Shown: one piece after another, positions 10,806 through 20,891 of the stretch
Position numbering within the stretch: the stretch's first letter is position 1
Layout: each line of letters starts with the position of its first letter
Source: a virus
Virus record (IMG/VR): IMGVR_UViG_3300033571_011534
Location: 1 to 64,000 of that record
Direction: 5' to 3' (one strand)
Length of the DNA stretch: 64,000 bases
Made by a program: the position numbers and the translations under genes
The notes under the pieces: generated by a model
What the model was told of the DNA's origin: nothing
Seen by the model: the letters and a program-made list of their open reading frames with translations, nothing else
Database searches by the model: none

Positions 10806-11387
10806 TTACAGGGTATCCCAGTGGAAGAACTCTCTGTAGTCCTCAAGTCCAATCACGGTTGGGTCTACCCACCAGTCTTCGTGAATGGATCTGTGAACCA
10901 GAGAATACCCAAATGAGTCCAGGATTTCTCTTTGAGCGTCTCTTATTGTACTATTGCGCCAATACATATTGGCATCATGCTCAAAAGTAATTAACGTAAA
11001 CCTATATGTATTTAATGGCACGGCAACAAGACCCTGTAGCGTCCAGTGACTATTTCCAACTGGCCTTCCAGCAAAGTCATATCCAGCGTCAATATCTAGC
11101 TGCAGATAATCAATTTGCTTTGGAAAGTTATTTTTTTCAAAGTAATCGATATAGTTAAAAGATAGGGCGTCACCCATGCATGGGTTCTTTCTATTTGAGT
11201 TAAACTCATCCCTCATAGAATCTACAATTTCAAAAGACACACCTTTCCAGTCATATTCCTTTTCCAGCAAATAGGTGTTGTTTCCTTTGTCATAGTGAGC
11301 TGCCCCTAGCTCAACATAGTGGCCATTTCTCTTCTTTTTTAAAATCTCTATAATAAAGTGCTCTTGTTGCGTTATTTGATGTGTCAT
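10806..11387 (-). CDS. FkbM-like SAM methyltransferase-fold protein
   Basis: YVELGA...NNTYLLEKEYDWKG; IDYLQLDID; ITFEHD. Confidence 0.7.
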   Translation of the reverse strand: MTHQITQQEHFIIEILKKKRNGHYVELGAAHYDKGNNTYLLEKEYDWKGVSFEIVDSMRDEFNSNRKNPCMGDALSFNYIDYFEKNNFPKQIDYLQLDIDAGYDFAGRPVGNSHWTLQGLVAVPLNTYRFTLITFEHDANMYWRNSTIRDAQREILDSFGYSLVHRSIHEDWWVDPTVIGLEDYREFFHWDTL

Positions 11388-11962
11388 TTAAACAAATCTC
11401 CTCTTAATTTTGTTGGTTCCTCATATGTTCCTCGTACGAAGACAGTTGAAAAGTATCTTATTTTATCATTTAAAACTGGTTTTGAGCCATGCAAAATGTG
11501 TCCGCCATGTATGTACAAAGAGTTTGCCTTTGGCTTGACGGTTATTCCAAGCTCTGGGTATTCCAACTCCCCTCCCTCATAGTCATCGTTATAATATAGA
11601 CAAAATCCATATCCAATATAATATGGCAAATCTGGGTTCCACTGATCGGTATGTGGTTTTATGAAGTCACCCATCTTATATCTTTGCAAAAGAAGATTTG
11701 ATGGGTAGTAGTGATAAGACTCAAAAAGCGATTCCATTTTTTTATTAATATCTGAAAATACTGTCTTTGTTTTGAATTCTAAATTTTTACCATACCAAAA
11801 ATCTGCAAAATCTTCGCCTTTTGCCGTGTCTTCAGAAAACCAATCTTTTTCGCTAAGGCTATTTATAATATTAAAAACTTCGCCAAACTCCTCTTCAGAA
11901 AGAAAATTATTAATTTCATAGACACCCTCGTGCAACTTTACAATTTCCATATCATCACACAT
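11384..11962 (-). CDS. 2OG-Fe(II) oxygenase
   Basis: HTD...YNDDYEGGEL...HG...RY. Confidence 0.9.
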   Translation of the reverse strand: MCDDMEIVKLHEGVYEINNFLSEEEFGEVFNIINSLSEKDWFSEDTAKGEDFADFWYGKNLEFKTKTVFSDINKKMESLFESYHYYPSNLLLQRYKMGDFIKPHTDQWNPDLPYYIGYGFCLYYNDDYEGGELEYPELGITVKPKANSLYIHGGHILHGSKPVLNDKIRYFSTVFVRGTYEEPTKLRGDLFK

Positions 11963-12623
11963 ACTTACTATTAAAGATATTGCTAATTTCTAGATGGTTT
12001 ACATTAAAGTGTTTTGGCAAAGAGGAAATCCATCTAATGGCCTCTGCCACATCCTCTGCGGTCAAAGCGTTGTCTTTTTTCTCAATTTGGGTATCTATTG
12101 TTCCTGGGCAGATTTCTGTAACCTTAATGCCGTACTGGGGAAATTCCATTCTCATTGTGTCAACAAGAGCCATCATCCCCCTTTTCGCATTAGTGTAATT
12201 TCCGCCACCCCGAAAAGGAACCTTTCCAGAAAGAGATGATACAAAAACAATTGACGGAGACTCTGACCTTTGTAAACACGGCACGAATAGCTGAGAAAGA
12301 TACATTGGTCCAGAAACGTTTATGTCATATGCCATTCTAAAATTATCCATTGTTTCATTAATAATGCTGGTTGGGCTTGCTCCTCCGCCTGCATTATTTA
12401 CCAGCAAATCTAGAGAAATATCCTTGTACTTGTCAAAGAAGCCTTTTATCTGATCTTTTTGTGTAATGTCTAGTCGATAAAGTTCTAGGTTATCAGAACT
12501 TATTTTAGATAATTCGGACAGGTTTCTTGATACAGCTATTACCCTATACCCAGAATTTAGCAAAAGCTTTACAGTGGCATAGCCGACGCCCTTGCTAGAC
12601 CCAGTCACGATTGCCGTTTTCAT
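11955..12623 (-). CDS. Short-chain dehydrogenase/reductase (SDR)
   Basis: TGSSKGVG, NNAG, SS..., YTNAK catalytic motifs. Confidence 0.92.
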   Translation of the reverse strand: MKTAIVTGSSKGVGYATVKLLLNSGYRVIAVSRNLSELSKISSDNLELYRLDITQKDQIKGFFDKYKDISLDLLVNNAGGGASPTSIINETMDNFRMAYDINVSGPMYLSQLFVPCLQRSESPSIVFVSSLSGKVPFRGGGNYTNAKRGMMALVDTMRMEFPQYGIKVTEICPGTIDTQIEKKDNALTAEDVAEAIRWISSLPKHFNVNHLEISNIFNSKYV

Positions 12624-13474
12624 TATCCCAAAGATTCTATTTCTTTTTCATAATAAGACTCAAAGTCTTGCCAAAACGGGACGCCATTAATTATGTCAAT
12701 GTTGTCGCTATTTCTATTATATCTAAGCCTTTCGTCTTCCATCTGCTTCCAGATGTCCTCTCCATACTTTTCTTGCAACCTTTTCCAAAGTGGGTGGCCA
12801 GGGTAGTCGTATCTCCAGTATGTTCTAATAATATACTTTTCTCCCTCAGAGACTATTTTGACTCCATGATAATGTGGGTGGCCAGAATTAAAAATAACTA
12901 AATCTCCAGCCTGGGGCTTATAGTTATATTCTTCTTTAATTACAGAAACATCGTCATTGTCTAAGAATCTAAATAAAACATCTCCACCAGAATAATTATC
13001 GTTTAGATAGAAAACTGCGGTTACGGCAAATTTATGTCCAGGATTATAGGCAAATTCTCTTTGATAGTCTGTGTGGAAGGCCATTGCATAGTCGCCACCA
13101 TTGATTTCATTTTGCCTTGGTTCATATTTTGCAATATTCCATCCACTAAATATCCAGTTATCGATAGATACATTATTTGCCTCGACGTACTCTTTTGTTG
13201 CATTGTAAAATACGTCATTTATTTCACTTTCAAATGGACCGCATGCCCCAAAGTCGTGGTCATAGATATTTTTTGCTTCTTCCCACTGTTCTGGTGTTGG
13301 AAAACTATCAAACCTAGTTGTAAAATGTGTACCCTCTGCATGCTTTCCAAAAATATACCAGTCTTTCCATTCCACCTTTTTGTCAAGATAGTCCAACGTA
13401 GCTTCTGGACTCTTTAATGCGTTTTTAAAGACCCAGACTGTGTTGTGGATTTTCTGAATATCAAAATTAGACAC
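12623..13474 (-). CDS. 2OG-Fe(II) oxygenase
   Basis: HTD...YLNDNYSGG...HG...KY. Confidence 0.9.
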   Translation of the reverse strand: MSNFDIQKIHNTVWVFKNALKSPEATLDYLDKKVEWKDWYIFGKHAEGTHFTTRFDSFPTPEQWEEAKNIYDHDFGACGPFESEINDVFYNATKEYVEANNVSIDNWIFSGWNIAKYEPRQNEINGGDYAMAFHTDYQREFAYNPGHKFAVTAVFYLNDNYSGGDVLFRFLDNDDVSVIKEEYNYKPQAGDLVIFNSGHPHYHGVKIVSEGEKYIIRTYWRYDYPGHPLWKRLQEKYGEDIWKQMEDERLRYNRNSDNIDIINGVPFWQDFESYYEKEIESLG

Positions 13475-14168
13475 TGCAGCCTCCGTGTAGGTTCATATCA
13501 TTATGAATCCAGTGGCTTGGGACCATATACTTTACCCCAGACTTTACTGTGTGGGCAATGTGATAGTACGGAGCGGATGATGGGAATATGATAATACTTC
13601 CAGCACTTGGCTTAACGCCAAAATCGATTTCGTTATTCTCAACAGCAACAGAGTAATCCAAATCTGGGCTAACAACCTTGCTGTGGTCCTCGTAATCAGA
13701 AAGCTTAAAGGATATTTCTCCGCCATCACAGTCATCATTCAAATACATTACCAAAGAGTACCTGAGGGTTTTGTCTCCATCTAGCTGGTCATAGTGTGCC
13801 CCCATTGCAGCGCCAGTATTGTATTTTTTAATATTAAAGACTGGGAATAGCCTTGGCTCATCGCTATCGCCAACTGCTGCGGCATAGTCTTTACAAACGT
13901 TGTACAGCGACTTCATGATGTTGATGTAAATAAATTCAGACTTACTTCTGTATGGCTCTTCCATATGCTTAATCTGATTAAGATCAAACGACTGAGTCTC
14001 TCCATATATAAAAGTCTTGTCGTTTGAAGCTGTCCAGTCTTGCCATAGCGGCTTTCCAGCGGATGCTCCGATTTCGTCTAGTTCCCTAATGGCGTCCATA
14101 ACCTCTTTAAAGTTTTCGACGGCATCCTCGTAGTAGTAAACCTTTTCGTGTAATACCTGCTTTTTCAT
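13467..14168 (-). CDS. 2OG-Fe(II) oxygenase
   Basis: HYD...YLNDDCDGGE...FPS..YH...KY; start placed at MKKQ just after upstream stop. Confidence 0.88.
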   Translation of the reverse strand: MKKQVLHEKVYYYEDAVENFKEVMDAIRELDEIGASAGKPLWQDWTASNDKTFIYGETQSFDLNQIKHMEEPYRSKSEFIYINIMKSLYNVCKDYAAAVGDSDEPRLFPVFNIKKYNTGAAMGAHYDQLDGDKTLRYSLVMYLNDDCDGGEISFKLSDYEDHSKVVSPDLDYSVAVENNEIDFGVKPSAGSIIIFPSSAPYYHIAHTVKSGVKYMVPSHWIHNDMNLHGGCSV

Positions 14169-14169
14169 A

Positions 14170-14829
14170 TTAGTACCTATTCCTTTGATAATGTCCAACT
14201 TCTTTTATAAAGCCCACAAGGACATATCTGATTGGGCCTTCTGAAACAAATTCTACTCCATGCTCATACTTTTCATTGCCTGGAAAAATCAACAAGCACT
14301 TTGGCTTTGGCCTTAGCTTTAAGCCTAAATTTTTAAAAAGTAACTCTCCATCTTTATAGTCATCATTGATATATGTAATAGCTGCATACCTAATAGATGG
14401 GTCTGTGTGCTGATCAGTATGAGACTTTAGCTCAACCCCTGGTTGCATTCTTTGAATTGTTGCAAGCCCACTGAGCTCTAGAGAGCTATCTGCCTCTCTG
14501 ACCATGGAAGCAAGCCTTTCATAAAAAACCCTATATTCTGGATATTTACTTATATTAAGATTTTTGTCTGTCCAGTTTTGAGTGATCTCGAACTTGCCCT
14601 CAGCCACAAGGTTATCTACGTCATCTCTTCCAAACTTTTCTATGCAAAAATTTTTTAAATTTGACATGTACTCAATTTCCCAGTCAGGTTGAGATGCCTC
14701 GTTAATTCTGTCTTGCAGAAAGCTTAAGTCTTCGTCTGTTAGGAAATTGTCAATAGATAGTAGCTCATCAGTTAGCTCTTCAAACGCAATGCCCCTATCT
14801 TTTAAAACTTCCTTTAACGACTCAATCAT
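14170..14829 (-). CDS. 2OG-Fe(II) oxygenase
   Basis: HTD...YINDDYKDGEL...HGV...RY; paralog of 51611-52279. Confidence 0.9.
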   Translation of the reverse strand: MIESLKEVLKDRGIAFEELTDELLSIDNFLTDEDLSFLQDRINEASQPDWEIEYMSNLKNFCIEKFGRDDVDNLVAEGKFEITQNWTDKNLNISKYPEYRVFYERLASMVREADSSLELSGLATIQRMQPGVELKSHTDQHTDPSIRYAAITYINDDYKDGELLFKNLGLKLRPKPKCLLIFPGNEKYEHGVEFVSEGPIRYVLVGFIKEVGHYQRNRY

Positions 14830-14830
14830 C

Positions 14831-15577
14831 TTACAGGTCTTCTACCTTATACTTGTTTCCATTTATGTCTATCTTGTAGCCTTCTTTTAGCAGATCTTGC
14901 CACTCTTTTCTTTCTAGCTCTTGACCGTCTCTAATCTTCTTCATTTCTTCCGCCCAGGCGTCTCTCAGCTCTTGAGGGTATGCGTCTTCTTCACGATCAT
15001 CCCAAAAAGATCCGATTGTGTATCTAACGCCTGACTCAATTAGGGTAACCTCGTGCATATTATTAAATCCGCCATCAAATGCCGCAAGCATTCCAACCTT
15101 TGGCTTAATCTCTATATCTTGTGATGGGAACTTTAGAAGACCTCCCCCAAAGTCATCATTTAAGTAAAGAAACGCAGCATATCGGCTTCTAGTAAATGGT
15201 CCAGAGTTGCCATGCTCATCTGTATTGTCGGAGTGGACTCTTGCATATGCTCCTGGCTCCCACTTTTGTGTATGGTATCCGATCTGAACGACTGTTTTTG
15301 GATCTAGGTCGTGTACGGATGCAACTGCCTCAATAATGCCCTGCTTAATTTTTGAAAAAATGTCAGAGTCAAGACCCTCATCTAGGATCTCTTGATCGCC
15401 ATCCTGCGGTAAAACAGAGGAATAGGACTCGTAAAAAGATATTGGCATCCACGTAATTTTTCCAGTTTCTGCAACCTTATCTAGGACTTTTATGATTTTT
15501 TGAGATTCTTCTGGGGTTAAAAAGTTCTCATAAAGGACTATATCCTTAGTAATCCTGTTTTTGTTATTTAAATTCAT
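14831..15577 (-). CDS. 2OG-Fe(II) oxygenase
   Basis: HSD...YLNDDFGGG...HEV...RY. Confidence 0.9.
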   Translation of the reverse strand: MNLNNKNRITKDIVLYENFLTPEESQKIIKVLDKVAETGKITWMPISFYESYSSVLPQDGDQEILDEGLDSDIFSKIKQGIIEAVASVHDLDPKTVVQIGYHTQKWEPGAYARVHSDNTDEHGNSGPFTRSRYAAFLYLNDDFGGGLLKFPSQDIEIKPKVGMLAAFDGGFNNMHEVTLIESGVRYTIGSFWDDREEDAYPQELRDAWAEEMKKIRDGQELERKEWQDLLKEGYKIDINGNKYKVEDL

Positions 15578-15629
15578 TGCAAGGCACTCCTTTTAAATAT
15601 ATTATAGCAGATAGTAAAAGTGGCCAGCA

Positions 15630-16355
15630 TTAAGCAAAGTTCCAGAGCGACCACTTAGATCTCCAGGAACTGTCCCATTCTTCATACCAGGACTTAGACC
15701 AATCTTCCATTTTTTGACTTCTCCAGGCTTCTCTTTCTTCAGAATACTTGGAATCAGAAAAGTCCCAGAATGAAATTATTGTATATCTGAGTCCAGACGT
15801 GATTTCCCTTACTCCGTGGATGTTTTCCTTTCCTCCAGGAAAAAGAACTAGCGACCCAGCCTTTGGCCTAACGTCCATTTCGTGCTCAGGAAAAAACACC
15901 TCTCCACCAGAATACTGATCATTTAGATAAATAATCGCTGCGTACTTATTTATTTCAAAATGGTTAGAGTCTCCATTTTCATCTGTATTGTCGGAGTGGA
16001 CATGACCAAGACCTCCAGTTTGAAATTTTTGGGCATGAATAGTGTTAAGGGAAACGTCCTTAGAGAAAAAGAAAGATACGTGATTATTTATTTTTTCAAC
16101 AATGTCATATACAGTAGATTTAGAAAGATTAAACAATTCAAGATCTACGTCTGGCTCTGGGAAGTGTCCTAGTCGATATTTATAAGAAGCAACATGCCCC
16201 CAATTTTCTGGTTTGCTTTCTATATACTTAATTATGTTTTTGCAAGCCTCATCGTCTAAAAAATCCAGAACTTCTATTATTTTATTTTGACTGATTCCAG
16301 GAGTTCCATTATTATTCAAAGAGTCTAAATGGACAACAATTTTGGGGTCCATCAT
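15630..16355 (-). CDS. 2OG-Fe(II) oxygenase
   Basis: HSD...YLNDQYSGGE...HGV...RY; close paralog of 14831-15577 (VHSDNTDE). Confidence 0.9.
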   Translation of the reverse strand: MMDPKIVVHLDSLNNNGTPGISQNKIIEVLDFLDDEACKNIIKYIESKPENWGHVASYKYRLGHFPEPDVDLELFNLSKSTVYDIVEKINNHVSFFFSKDVSLNTIHAQKFQTGGLGHVHSDNTDENGDSNHFEINKYAAIIYLNDQYSGGEVFFPEHEMDVRPKAGSLVLFPGGKENIHGVREITSGLRYTIISFWDFSDSKYSEEREAWRSQKMEDWSKSWYEEWDSSWRSKWSLWNFA

Positions 16356-16360
16356 TTTTA

Positions 16361-17035
16361 TTACTCAGAAGTTTTTTCTTTATGAGACAGGATTGTCCAA
16401 AAGAACGGTACTGTATACCTGATACCAGAGATAATTTCTGAAACTCCATGAATGTAGTTCATGTCTCCAGGGAAGAAGTAAGCAGCGCCCCTCTTAGGCT
16501 TAAATTGAATGTTCTGGTTTGGAAAGTACAACTCGCCACCTTCATAATCATCGTTAATGTAGAAAAGGCCAGCAATGTCGTAATATGGGAAATCATTTGG
16601 CTTACCAGCGTCTGGTCCTGTGTGAAGCTCTTTGTCTGCGTGTGGCATCTGTAGCTGCCCTGGAAGCCATCTAACCATTGCTGGGCTAGTTGGGAGGGCG
16701 TCTACGCCAAAGAACTTATCTACCTCTATCTTCAATCTTGCAACCATTCCCTCAATAATTTCTGGAATTTCTTGATTTGTTTTATAGATAGTTGGATAGG
16801 TCGCTACACGATTAGCCCAGTATCCAGCATCATAAATAACGGTTCCGTTTTCGTTGTGATGAGTTTCTGTTTGGTCCCAGTTTTCATTACTTCTAATAAA
16901 GTCATTTAGAGCAGTCAGCTCTTCTTCGGTCATAAAATTTTCTAGGGCAACAATGTTTTCTGGAGATGAACCAAAAAATCCAGATGGCGTAATTGAAACC
17001 CGATCAACAATGTGATTGTTAGTTAAGTCGTCCAT
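16361..17035 (-). CDS. 2OG-Fe(II) oxygenase
   Basis: HAD...YINDDYEGGEL...HGV...RY. Confidence 0.9.
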   Translation of the reverse strand: MDDLTNNHIVDRVSITPSGFFGSSPENIVALENFMTEEELTALNDFIRSNENWDQTETHHNENGTVIYDAGYWANRVATYPTIYKTNQEIPEIIEGMVARLKIEVDKFFGVDALPTSPAMVRWLPGQLQMPHADKELHTGPDAGKPNDFPYYDIAGLFYINDDYEGGELYFPNQNIQFKPKRGAAYFFPGDMNYIHGVSEIISGIRYTVPFFWTILSHKEKTSE

Positions 17036-17049
17036 TATAACTCTCCTTC

Positions 17050-17775
17050 TTAGTCATACTTTCGTCTTTCCCAAACCTCTTTTAAGTATACACCACCGTT
17101 GGGCACCCGATATTTCTTCGAGTTTTCCATGTTCTTTTTCATAATAGAAAGGCCAGAATCAAGCTCGTACTCAGACTCCCAGTCCTCTCGTTTAAATGGT
17201 ATCATTTGAGAATATGGTGTTCCAGCTGGAATAACCCCAGTCCAGCCTTCTTGTATAAAAAATGGAAAAGTTCCTGGAAGGTGTACCTTATCATTGTCGA
17301 TGATACCGCTTGTTGTATGAAATGGCAAGTCATATCTTCCAAAAGGCTGGGCATACAAGACGCTGTACCCCTTTGGAGTAGCTACGGCCCAGTCTGGGTA
17401 CCAGGCAAAATGCTTTTTATAGTATCCTCGTGGATGCTCAAACTGCGGCATAGGATCTCGAAACTGAATAAAATCAGAGTATTTAGGGTCTAATACTTTA
17501 GCTGAAATTTCATTTTTGCTATCAAGAAAAAACTCGATATCGCAAGGAGTTCTATATACGTAACCAGTAATAAAAATATCATATATGGCTGGGCAGGCTT
17601 TCCAGGTTGGAATCTTACCACCATCCATTCCAATGATGCTTTCTCCATTTTGTCCCTTGTAGAATCTGTCAGCAGAGGTATACCATTCTGGCAAACTTTT
17701 TGATACTGGCTCTGGAGCTGATGAGTCTTTTTCGGACAACCACCCTCTATTAGCTAAAAATTTAATTTTTGGCAT
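17050..17775 (-). CDS. Hypothetical protein, DUF6065-related/beta-clip-like, associated with oxygenase cluster
   Basis: TWKACPAIYD...GIIDND...IPAGTPYSQMIPFKRE. Confidence 0.55.
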   Translation of the reverse strand: MPKIKFLANRGWLSEKDSSAPEPVSKSLPEWYTSADRFYKGQNGESIIGMDGGKIPTWKACPAIYDIFITGYVYRTPCDIEFFLDSKNEISAKVLDPKYSDFIQFRDPMPQFEHPRGYYKKHFAWYPDWAVATPKGYSVLYAQPFGRYDLPFHTTSGIIDNDKVHLPGTFPFFIQEGWTGVIPAGTPYSQMIPFKREDWESEYELDSGLSIMKKNMENSKKYRVPNGGVYLKEVWERRKYD

Positions 17776-18481
17776 AATTGGTGACCTTCATGATAATCTT
17801 TTTGGATTCGTGATGGCCGATAGGGACTCCGTTGTGGTCTACAGCATCTCGATAAAAATGAGTCCATTCCCCTTTAGAGTTCTTTTCCTGACTTGCAACT
17901 CCACGATCTCTCATTCTTTCCTGCCATTGAAGGTCCTCGTATTCTGGCCTTCCATTACGAACCTCTAGTTCGTGTTCCTGAATATCAGAAAGGGATATTG
18001 GCAAGACAGAAGCTATTGGAGTGTTTGCTGGTATTGTTATTTCAATATTTGGCTCTGTAATCATCCAAGCAATCGGAAGGTCACCAGCCAAAACAGAAGT
18101 ACTTATTAGGGTTGTCATACACTGAGCTCCTCTAATAAACTGATTCGGCACAGGCATTGTCAAAAGACTTAGATTTTCATTGTTTTCTTTTACAAATGTA
18201 ATGTCTGTGTAAAAGCTAACAGTTCTGTTTCCACGATTTGGATGAGCATAATTTGAACCAGAAAGAATTTTTACGTGCTCTCCTCTTGAATCATTTATTC
18301 CATCCCAAATAAACGTAATATCTTCTGGGTACGAAATGCCCCACCCAAGTCTATTTGACAAAGAAACAGGAAAGCACTGATAGGCATGTCTATCAAAAGT
18401 AATATCCATCCAGTCACGGTGTAGCGGTAGCTGATCTATATTAGCGTGATGACCAGAAGTGTAGGCTGTTACCTTGGGCAT
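17762..18481 (-). CDS. DUF6065-like protein
   Basis: RDWMD...HAYQCFPVSLSNRLGWGI motif. Confidence 0.6.
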   Translation of the reverse strand: MPKVTAYTSGHHANIDQLPLHRDWMDITFDRHAYQCFPVSLSNRLGWGISYPEDITFIWDGINDSRGEHVKILSGSNYAHPNRGNRTVSFYTDITFVKENNENLSLLTMPVPNQFIRGAQCMTTLISTSVLAGDLPIAWMITEPNIEITIPANTPIASVLPISLSDIQEHELEVRNGRPEYEDLQWQERMRDRGVASQEKNSKGEWTHFYRDAVDHNGVPIGHHESKKIIMKVTNYAKN

Positions 18482-19185
18482 CAGGAACCTGTCTCTTGGT
18501 AGAACTTTGGATTGTGATATTTATCTGAGTAATCCAGCATTGTCACAATAGAATGCTTTATTCCAGACTCTACTGGCAACGATTTGTGAGGATACATGTA
18601 GTTAGATGGGAAGATGAAAAGATCTCCTGCCCTTGGCTTTACCTTTAGCCCCTGTAGTCTAAATTCTAGCTCTCCACCAGTATAGTCATCATTTGGATAG
18701 GCAACAAGCGAAACAACACAGTTATAGGAGTAACCGTTGTCAGAATGCTCTTGGAAGTGTTGTCCTGGACCATATTTTACAAAGTTCATTGCTTCCCAGT
18801 AGCGGAGCTCTCCGACGTTGAATCGTCTTGAGTAATCTTTTACTGCTGCGATTTCTCTATCATAAACATCTTGCCACAACTGCTGAAGCTTTTGAGATGC
18901 TGGAGATTGGTCATGCATAATATCTGTTTTCTTGTACTTAAAATCCCAGCAGTCACGGTATTCTGGCATCTTGGTACCGTAGCCCACCATAGCTTCCATG
19001 TAGTTGTAGTAGTTTGTATTATCGTCCAAAACCTCTTCGAGTCTATTTATGATATCCATATCTGTAGGAAGGACATCGTGGTATACGAATATGCCAGGAG
19101 ATAGCTCCTCTACAGAAGACCAAGTCTGCTCTTCGATCTGATAGTATTCCTGAATTCTTCTGCTTAAATCTTCAACTTTTTCCAT
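18481..19185 (-). CDS. 2OG-Fe(II) oxygenase (P4H-like)
   Basis: HSD...YPNDDYTGGEL...FPSNYMYPH...K. Confidence 0.9.
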   Translation of the reverse strand: MEKVEDLSRRIQEYYQIEEQTWSSVEELSPGIFVYHDVLPTDMDIINRLEEVLDDNTNYYNYMEAMVGYGTKMPEYRDCWDFKYKKTDIMHDQSPASQKLQQLWQDVYDREIAAVKDYSRRFNVGELRYWEAMNFVKYGPGQHFQEHSDNGYSYNCVVSLVAYPNDDYTGGELEFRLQGLKVKPRAGDLFIFPSNYMYPHKSLPVESGIKHSIVTMLDYSDKYHNPKFYQETGS

Positions 19186-19195
19186 TTTTCACCAA

Positions 19196-19951
19196 TCAGT
19201 ATGTTATCTTTGTCGAGTCCTCTTGCCTATATGGGAAATATCTTAGATTTCCACGATCATTGTAGTCTGTCATAACAACCACAGAGTACTTTGTACCGCT
19301 TTTCATTGGCAATGAGGCGTGTTCATATATATATGTAGATGGGAAAACAGCAATATCTCCAGGCTTTGGCTTAATAGTTAAATCAAACCTTGGGAAGTAA
19401 AGCTCTCCACCCTCATAATCATCGTTTAGGTATGCAACAACAGAGACTGTAGTCACATATGCGGGACCATGGTCTGCATGAATATTAAAATGCTTCCCCT
19501 CTCCCTCATACTTTACAAAATTAAATGCTTCGTAGTATGATATTCCTACTCCCCAATAGTGTCCATAATCCTGGACATTTGGGTGAATAGCCTGAAATGC
19601 CTTTTCGTGCATATCATATAGTTCTGAGTTTTCTGGATTTCTTGGGCCGTAGGAAGTACTATTAATTTTAAAGTCTACACAATCTCTTGCATCTGATAAA
19701 ACAGCATCAGACTCTGTTACCATGGCTCCGTGCCACTTATAGACATCACTTGTGCTATTCGTAAGCTTTGACTCTAGGGTATTTATAATGCTCTTACAGT
19801 CGTTAAAAGAAATAGCATTATTGTAAATATTAATTCCAAGTGCTGGATTTGATACTAAAATACCGCCACCTGTTGTTCTGTCTGGCATTCTGTTGCTATA
19901 AGTTTCGGATCTATCTTTAGTTAGCCAAGGATTTTCATATTGTTGTTCCAT
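19196..19951 (-). CDS. 2OG-Fe(II) oxygenase (P4H-like)
   Basis: HAD...YLNDDYEGGEL...FPSTYIYEH...KY; leaderless start 6 nt after TGATATAAT. Confidence 0.9.
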   Translation of the reverse strand: MEQQYENPWLTKDRSETYSNRMPDRTTGGGILVSNPALGINIYNNAISFNDCKSIINTLESKLTNSTSDVYKWHGAMVTESDAVLSDARDCVDFKINSTSYGPRNPENSELYDMHEKAFQAIHPNVQDYGHYWGVGISYYEAFNFVKYEGEGKHFNIHADHGPAYVTTVSVVAYLNDDYEGGELYFPRFDLTIKPKPGDIAVFPSTYIYEHASLPMKSGTKYSVVVMTDYNDRGNLRYFPYRQEDSTKITY

Positions 19952-19974
19952 GCAGCAATTATATCACAGTGGCC

Positions 19975-20020
19975 AAAACAGAAAAACTGCAAGTTATTTC
20001 TAACCTGCAGCTTTCTGTTT
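19975..20020 (-). terminator. Intrinsic terminator after PPFF-FN3 gene
   Basis: Minus strand CTGCAGGTTA-GAAA-TAACTTGCAG followed by TTTTTCTGTTTT. Confidence 0.75.
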
Positions 20021-20030
20021 ATACGCTAAC

Positions 20031-20843
20031 CTAGCAGCGGGGTGGACATCCACCAAACCTTGGGAAGAATGGACCGAATCTAGGGAAGAATGGCGGGAAG
20101 AATGGTGGGAAGAATGGGAAGAACGGTGGGAAGAACGGCGGGAAGAACGGTGGGAAGAATGGTGGGAAGAATGGGAACCATGGTGGGAAAAATGGTGGGA
20201 AGAACGGGAACCATGGTGGGAAGAATGGGGGGAAGAACGGTGGAGTAGTAGTAATGTCTCCAGAATATGGAGACCACTCTCCTAGGCCATTTGCATTTTG
20301 AGCACGTACACGATATGCCTGAGTAGTAGAACCCTCTTGAGCAACGGTAACAGAAGTGCTTGTAGTGGACCCACTCTTGCTATCTGTACTTTCCCAAGAA
20401 TAAGAAGTAATAGTACTTCCTCCGTTATTTGGGATATTCCAGCTTACAATATCCTCATTAACTTGTGGGCTAGCTGAAGGAGCATTAGGCGCTGCTGGAA
20501 CTGTGGTTGCTGTAACACTTACAGATGAAGATGGCTGAGAAGTTCCAGCATTATTAGATGCAGTTACTGTAACAGAGTAGCTAACATTAGAGGCAAGACC
20601 CTCTACGGAAATTGGAGAAGAAGATCCTGTGCCAGTTCTAGTGGTCTGGCCAGATGCTGTAGCAGTTACAGTATAAGAGTTGGCAGCTGGAGAATCATCT
20701 GGCAAAGAGAACGACACAGTTGCTGCGCCGTTATTAAAAGCTCTTGATGTCCCTACGTTTTGTGCTGATACATTGATCGGAGCCTTAGGCTCTAAAAAGT
20801 CATTCTGCTGTGACGACCTTCCGCCAACTTCTTTCTTTGCCAT
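20031..20843 (-). CDS. Two fibronectin-III domains + C-terminal ~65-aa (PPFF)n tract ending GGCPPRC
   Basis: GLASNVSYSVTVTASN and YRVRAQNANG FN3 signatures; SD AGAAGGAG. Confidence 0.8.
   Translation of the reverse strand: MAKKEVGGRSSQQNDFLEPKAPINVSAQNVGTSRAFNNGAATVSFSLPDDSPAANSYTVTATASGQTTRTGTGSSSPISVEGLASNVSYSVTVTASNNAGTSQPSSSVSVTATTVPAAPNAPSASPQVNEDIVSWNIPNNGGSTITSYSWESTDSKSGSTTSTSVTVAQEGSTTQAYRVRAQNANGLGEWSPYSGDITTTPPFFPPFFPPWFPFFPPFFPPWFPFFPPFFPPFFPPFFPPFFPFFPPFFPPFFPRFGPFFPRFGGCPPRC
20052..20243 (-). repeat. (PPFF/PPWF/PRFG)n coding repeat
   Basis: Directly visible; third codon positions vary. Confidence 0.95.
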
Positions 20844-20891
20844 GTAGGTTCTCCTTCTTTAAAGACTCTTTAATTATAACGTATTTTTTAA

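Noticed and set aside
20080-20277. Alternative-frame ORF with PTIL/PAVL repeats
   Set aside because: Frame-shifted reading of the PPFF tract; variation is synonymous only in the PPFF frame.
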